From assembly GCA_965215275.1 (NCBI GenBank), contig OZ244044.1, forward strand, positions 320,001 through 384,000: a DNA stretch of 64,000 bases, in the 5' to 3' direction. The notes under the pieces were generated by a model. It saw nothing but the letters and a program-made list of their open reading frames with translations, searched no databases and was not told the DNA's origin. Both the position numbers and the translations under genes were made by a program. The DNA comes from Thermodesulfobacteriota bacterium (GTDB taxonomy: Bacteria; Desulfobacterota_D; UBA1144; Nemesobacterales; JAJCZQ01). Numbering within the stretch: the first letter of the stretch is position 1; each line of letters begins with the position of its first letter. This document shows positions 62,158 to 64,000 of the stretch, piece by piece.

Positions 62158-63048
62158 ATGAAAAACGAATACAGAATAGGACTGTTCTTTATGTTCGGGG
62201 TACTGGCACTGGTACTCGTCATGGATTTCCTTGGCGACATACCGTTTAATTCAAATACCAAGAACGTCCATACCTATTTTGACTCGGTGGGTGAGTTAAA
62301 AGAGGGAAATATGGTGAAATTAAAAGGGTTCGTCATAGGCAAGGTCTCGTCCATAGAGCTTGATAACAAAAGACTGAAAGTAACGATGAGCGTACAGAAG
62401 GACGCACCGGTGAAAAACGATTCAACTGCGTCCATTCAGCTCAGCAGCCTGCTTGGAGAAAGCTACATAAACCTGACCTTCGGGTCCGATAGAGAGGTTT
62501 TAAGTAACGGTACCTACCCTCTTCCAAGTACAGACCCCACGGACCTGAACAAGATCCTGACAAAGCTCGACTCCGCGGTCGATTCCATGGACGCTGCACT
62601 TGCAGGACTGAGCACGCTAAGCGACAATAAGGACAGGCTGAACAGTATCTTCACGAACCTTGACACGTTCATGGAGAACCTTGCACTGGGTAAAGGAACC
62701 CTCGGAAAGCTCGTTAACGACGATCAGCTTTATATACAGGTGAGCGAAGCGTCCACGCAGCTGAACGGTATACTTGCAAAGGTCAACGGCGGGCAGGGAA
62801 CCCTCGGAAGGCTCGTTAACGACGATCAGCTTTATATACAGGTGAGCGAAGCATCCACGCATCTGAACGGTATACTTAAAAAGGTCAACAGCGGGCAGGG
62901 AACCCTCGGAAAGCTCGTTAACGACGATTCGCTTTACTATGACGCCAAGAACATGACCCTGAAAATCGAAAAAGGCGTTGATACACTTGAGGACCTTGCA
63001 CCGCTTAACACGATCGGTTCCATGTTCGGGGTATTGACCTTGATGTAA
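62158..63048 (+). CDS. mlaD: MlaD/MCE family protein with 34-aa tandem repeats
   Basis: LKEGNMVKLKGFVIGKV, SLLGESYI; GTLGKLVNDD repeated with a 102-bp period. Confidence 0.88.
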   Translation: MKNEYRIGLFFMFGVLALVLVMDFLGDIPFNSNTKNVHTYFDSVGELKEGNMVKLKGFVIGKVSSIELDNKRLKVTMSVQKDAPVKNDSTASIQLSSLLGESYINLTFGSDREVLSNGTYPLPSTDPTDLNKILTKLDSAVDSMDAALAGLSTLSDNKDRLNSIFTNLDTFMENLALGKGTLGKLVNDDQLYIQVSEASTQLNGILAKVNGGQGTLGRLVNDDQLYIQVSEASTHLNGILKKVNSGQGTLGKLVNDDSLYYDAKNMTLKIEKGVDTLEDLAPLNTIGSMFGVLTLM

Positions 63049-63086
63049 CAACCCGTTCTCAGGGCATTTAAGGAGAAGAACATTTA

Positions 63087-63536
63087 TTGAGAGCAGTTGT
63101 TCAAAGGGTAAGTTCCGCCAAGGTCGAGGCCGAAAATAAAACTTCAGGCGAAATAGGTCATGGACTACTGATACTTCTGGGAATATCTGGCAGTGACGAC
63201 GAACGGGACGCCACATACCTTGCCGGCAAGATACTGAAGCTGAGGATATTTGACGACGGACGAGGCAGGATGAACTTAAGCGTTCTGGATACTGAAGGAG
63301 ATATACTGCTTGTATCGCAGTTCACGCTCTACGGCGACTGCAGAAAAGGCAGCAGACCTTCCTATGACGAAGCGGCAGACACGGATAAAGCAAGGGAACT
63401 TTATAAGGTATTTCTGAACAAACTAAAAAACAGCGGATTAAAAGTGGAAGAAGGTATTTTCGGTGCTTTTATGAACGTAACACTGTCAAACTCAGGACCA
63501 GTTACTATCCTCGTTGACAGTAAAAAACAGTTCTGA
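63087..63536 (+). CDS. dtd: D-aminoacyl-tRNA deacylase
   Basis: RAVVQRV, SQFTL, NSGPVT. Confidence 0.95.
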   Translation: MRAVVQRVSSAKVEAENKTSGEIGHGLLILLGISGSDDERDATYLAGKILKLRIFDDGRGRMNLSVLDTEGDILLVSQFTLYGDCRKGSRPSYDEAADTDKARELYKVFLNKLKNSGLKVEEGIFGAFMNVTLSNSGPVTILVDSKKQF

Positions 63537-63656
63537 TAAACGTACCCACTTACAACGCCACAGGCCGCAAAGACGGACCACGGACCATCCCGGTCCATAG
63601 CCGCTCTTTGCCTAAAACTGCTTGTTTAATCGATCATCGGTATTATATTAAAACAA

Positions 63657-64000
63657 ATGAAGATCGTAAGCAGACATCCCACCGCACACAGGGACTACAT
63701 ATTTGAAGAGAAGTTCGAAGCAGGACTGGTTTTAAAAGGGTCAGAGGTCAAGTCCCTTCGCAGCGGCAGTGCGAGTATAAAAGAGAGTTTCGGATTGATG
63801 CGCGACGGAGAAGTGTTCCTGCTTAACAGCTATATAGCACCTTACACCGCTGCCAACAGGTTCAATCACGAAACAAAAAGAGAGAGGAAACTGCTTTTAA
63901 AAAAAAGAGAGATAAATAAACTTATAGGAAAAATAAACGTTCGCGGTTATACTTTAGTGCCTACGAAGATATATTTTGTTAACGGAAAGGCGAAACTGGA
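63657..64000 (+). CDS. smpB: SsrA-binding protein, runs off the window
   Basis: MKIVSRHPTAHRDYIFEEKFEAGLVLKGSEVKSLR...RKLLLKK. Confidence 0.95.
   Translation, partial: MKIVSRHPTAHRDYIFEEKFEAGLVLKGSEVKSLRSGSASIKESFGLMRDGEVFLLNSYIAPYTAANRFNHETKRERKLLLKKREINKLIGKINVRGYTLVPTKIYFVNGKAKL

Overview
Bacterial chromosome segment of moderate GC. The gene content suggests a host-associated lineage, possibly Ca. Dadabacteria-like, which is inference only. Housekeeping blocks: rsmG/trmI/MFS, tRNA-Lys/tRNA-Glu, nuoN, tusA-cysteine synthase-mec, obgE, LLM oxidoreductase, UvrD-nuclease fusion, HtrA-like protease, fumC, a four-gene acyl-CoA cluster, nirK, ilvD, coaBC, alr, mlaEFD, dtd, smpB. These are interrupted by AT-rich accessory islands: a ~10 kb TPR/Type ISP R-M island bounded by ~210-bp direct repeats, HicAB-like modules, and a TIR-NTPase/AAA/ImmA defence island. 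The main candidate novel system is a family of transposase-less elements with IS1595-type inverted-repeat ends. One carries a catalytically intact TnpB between perfect 25-bp terminal inverted repeats. Two large surface-protein genes (S8/kexin-like domain with all catalytic residues replaced, Ig-like repeats, GGGGC-TM-basic tail) each end in a decayed copy of that tnpB 3'/omegaRNA-like sequence followed by a related inverted repeat. The fully visible copy has both ends, a degenerate 8-bp target duplication and two out-of-frame poly-C tracts in its signal-peptide region. No CRISPR array or integrase was seen. All alignments were made by eye.
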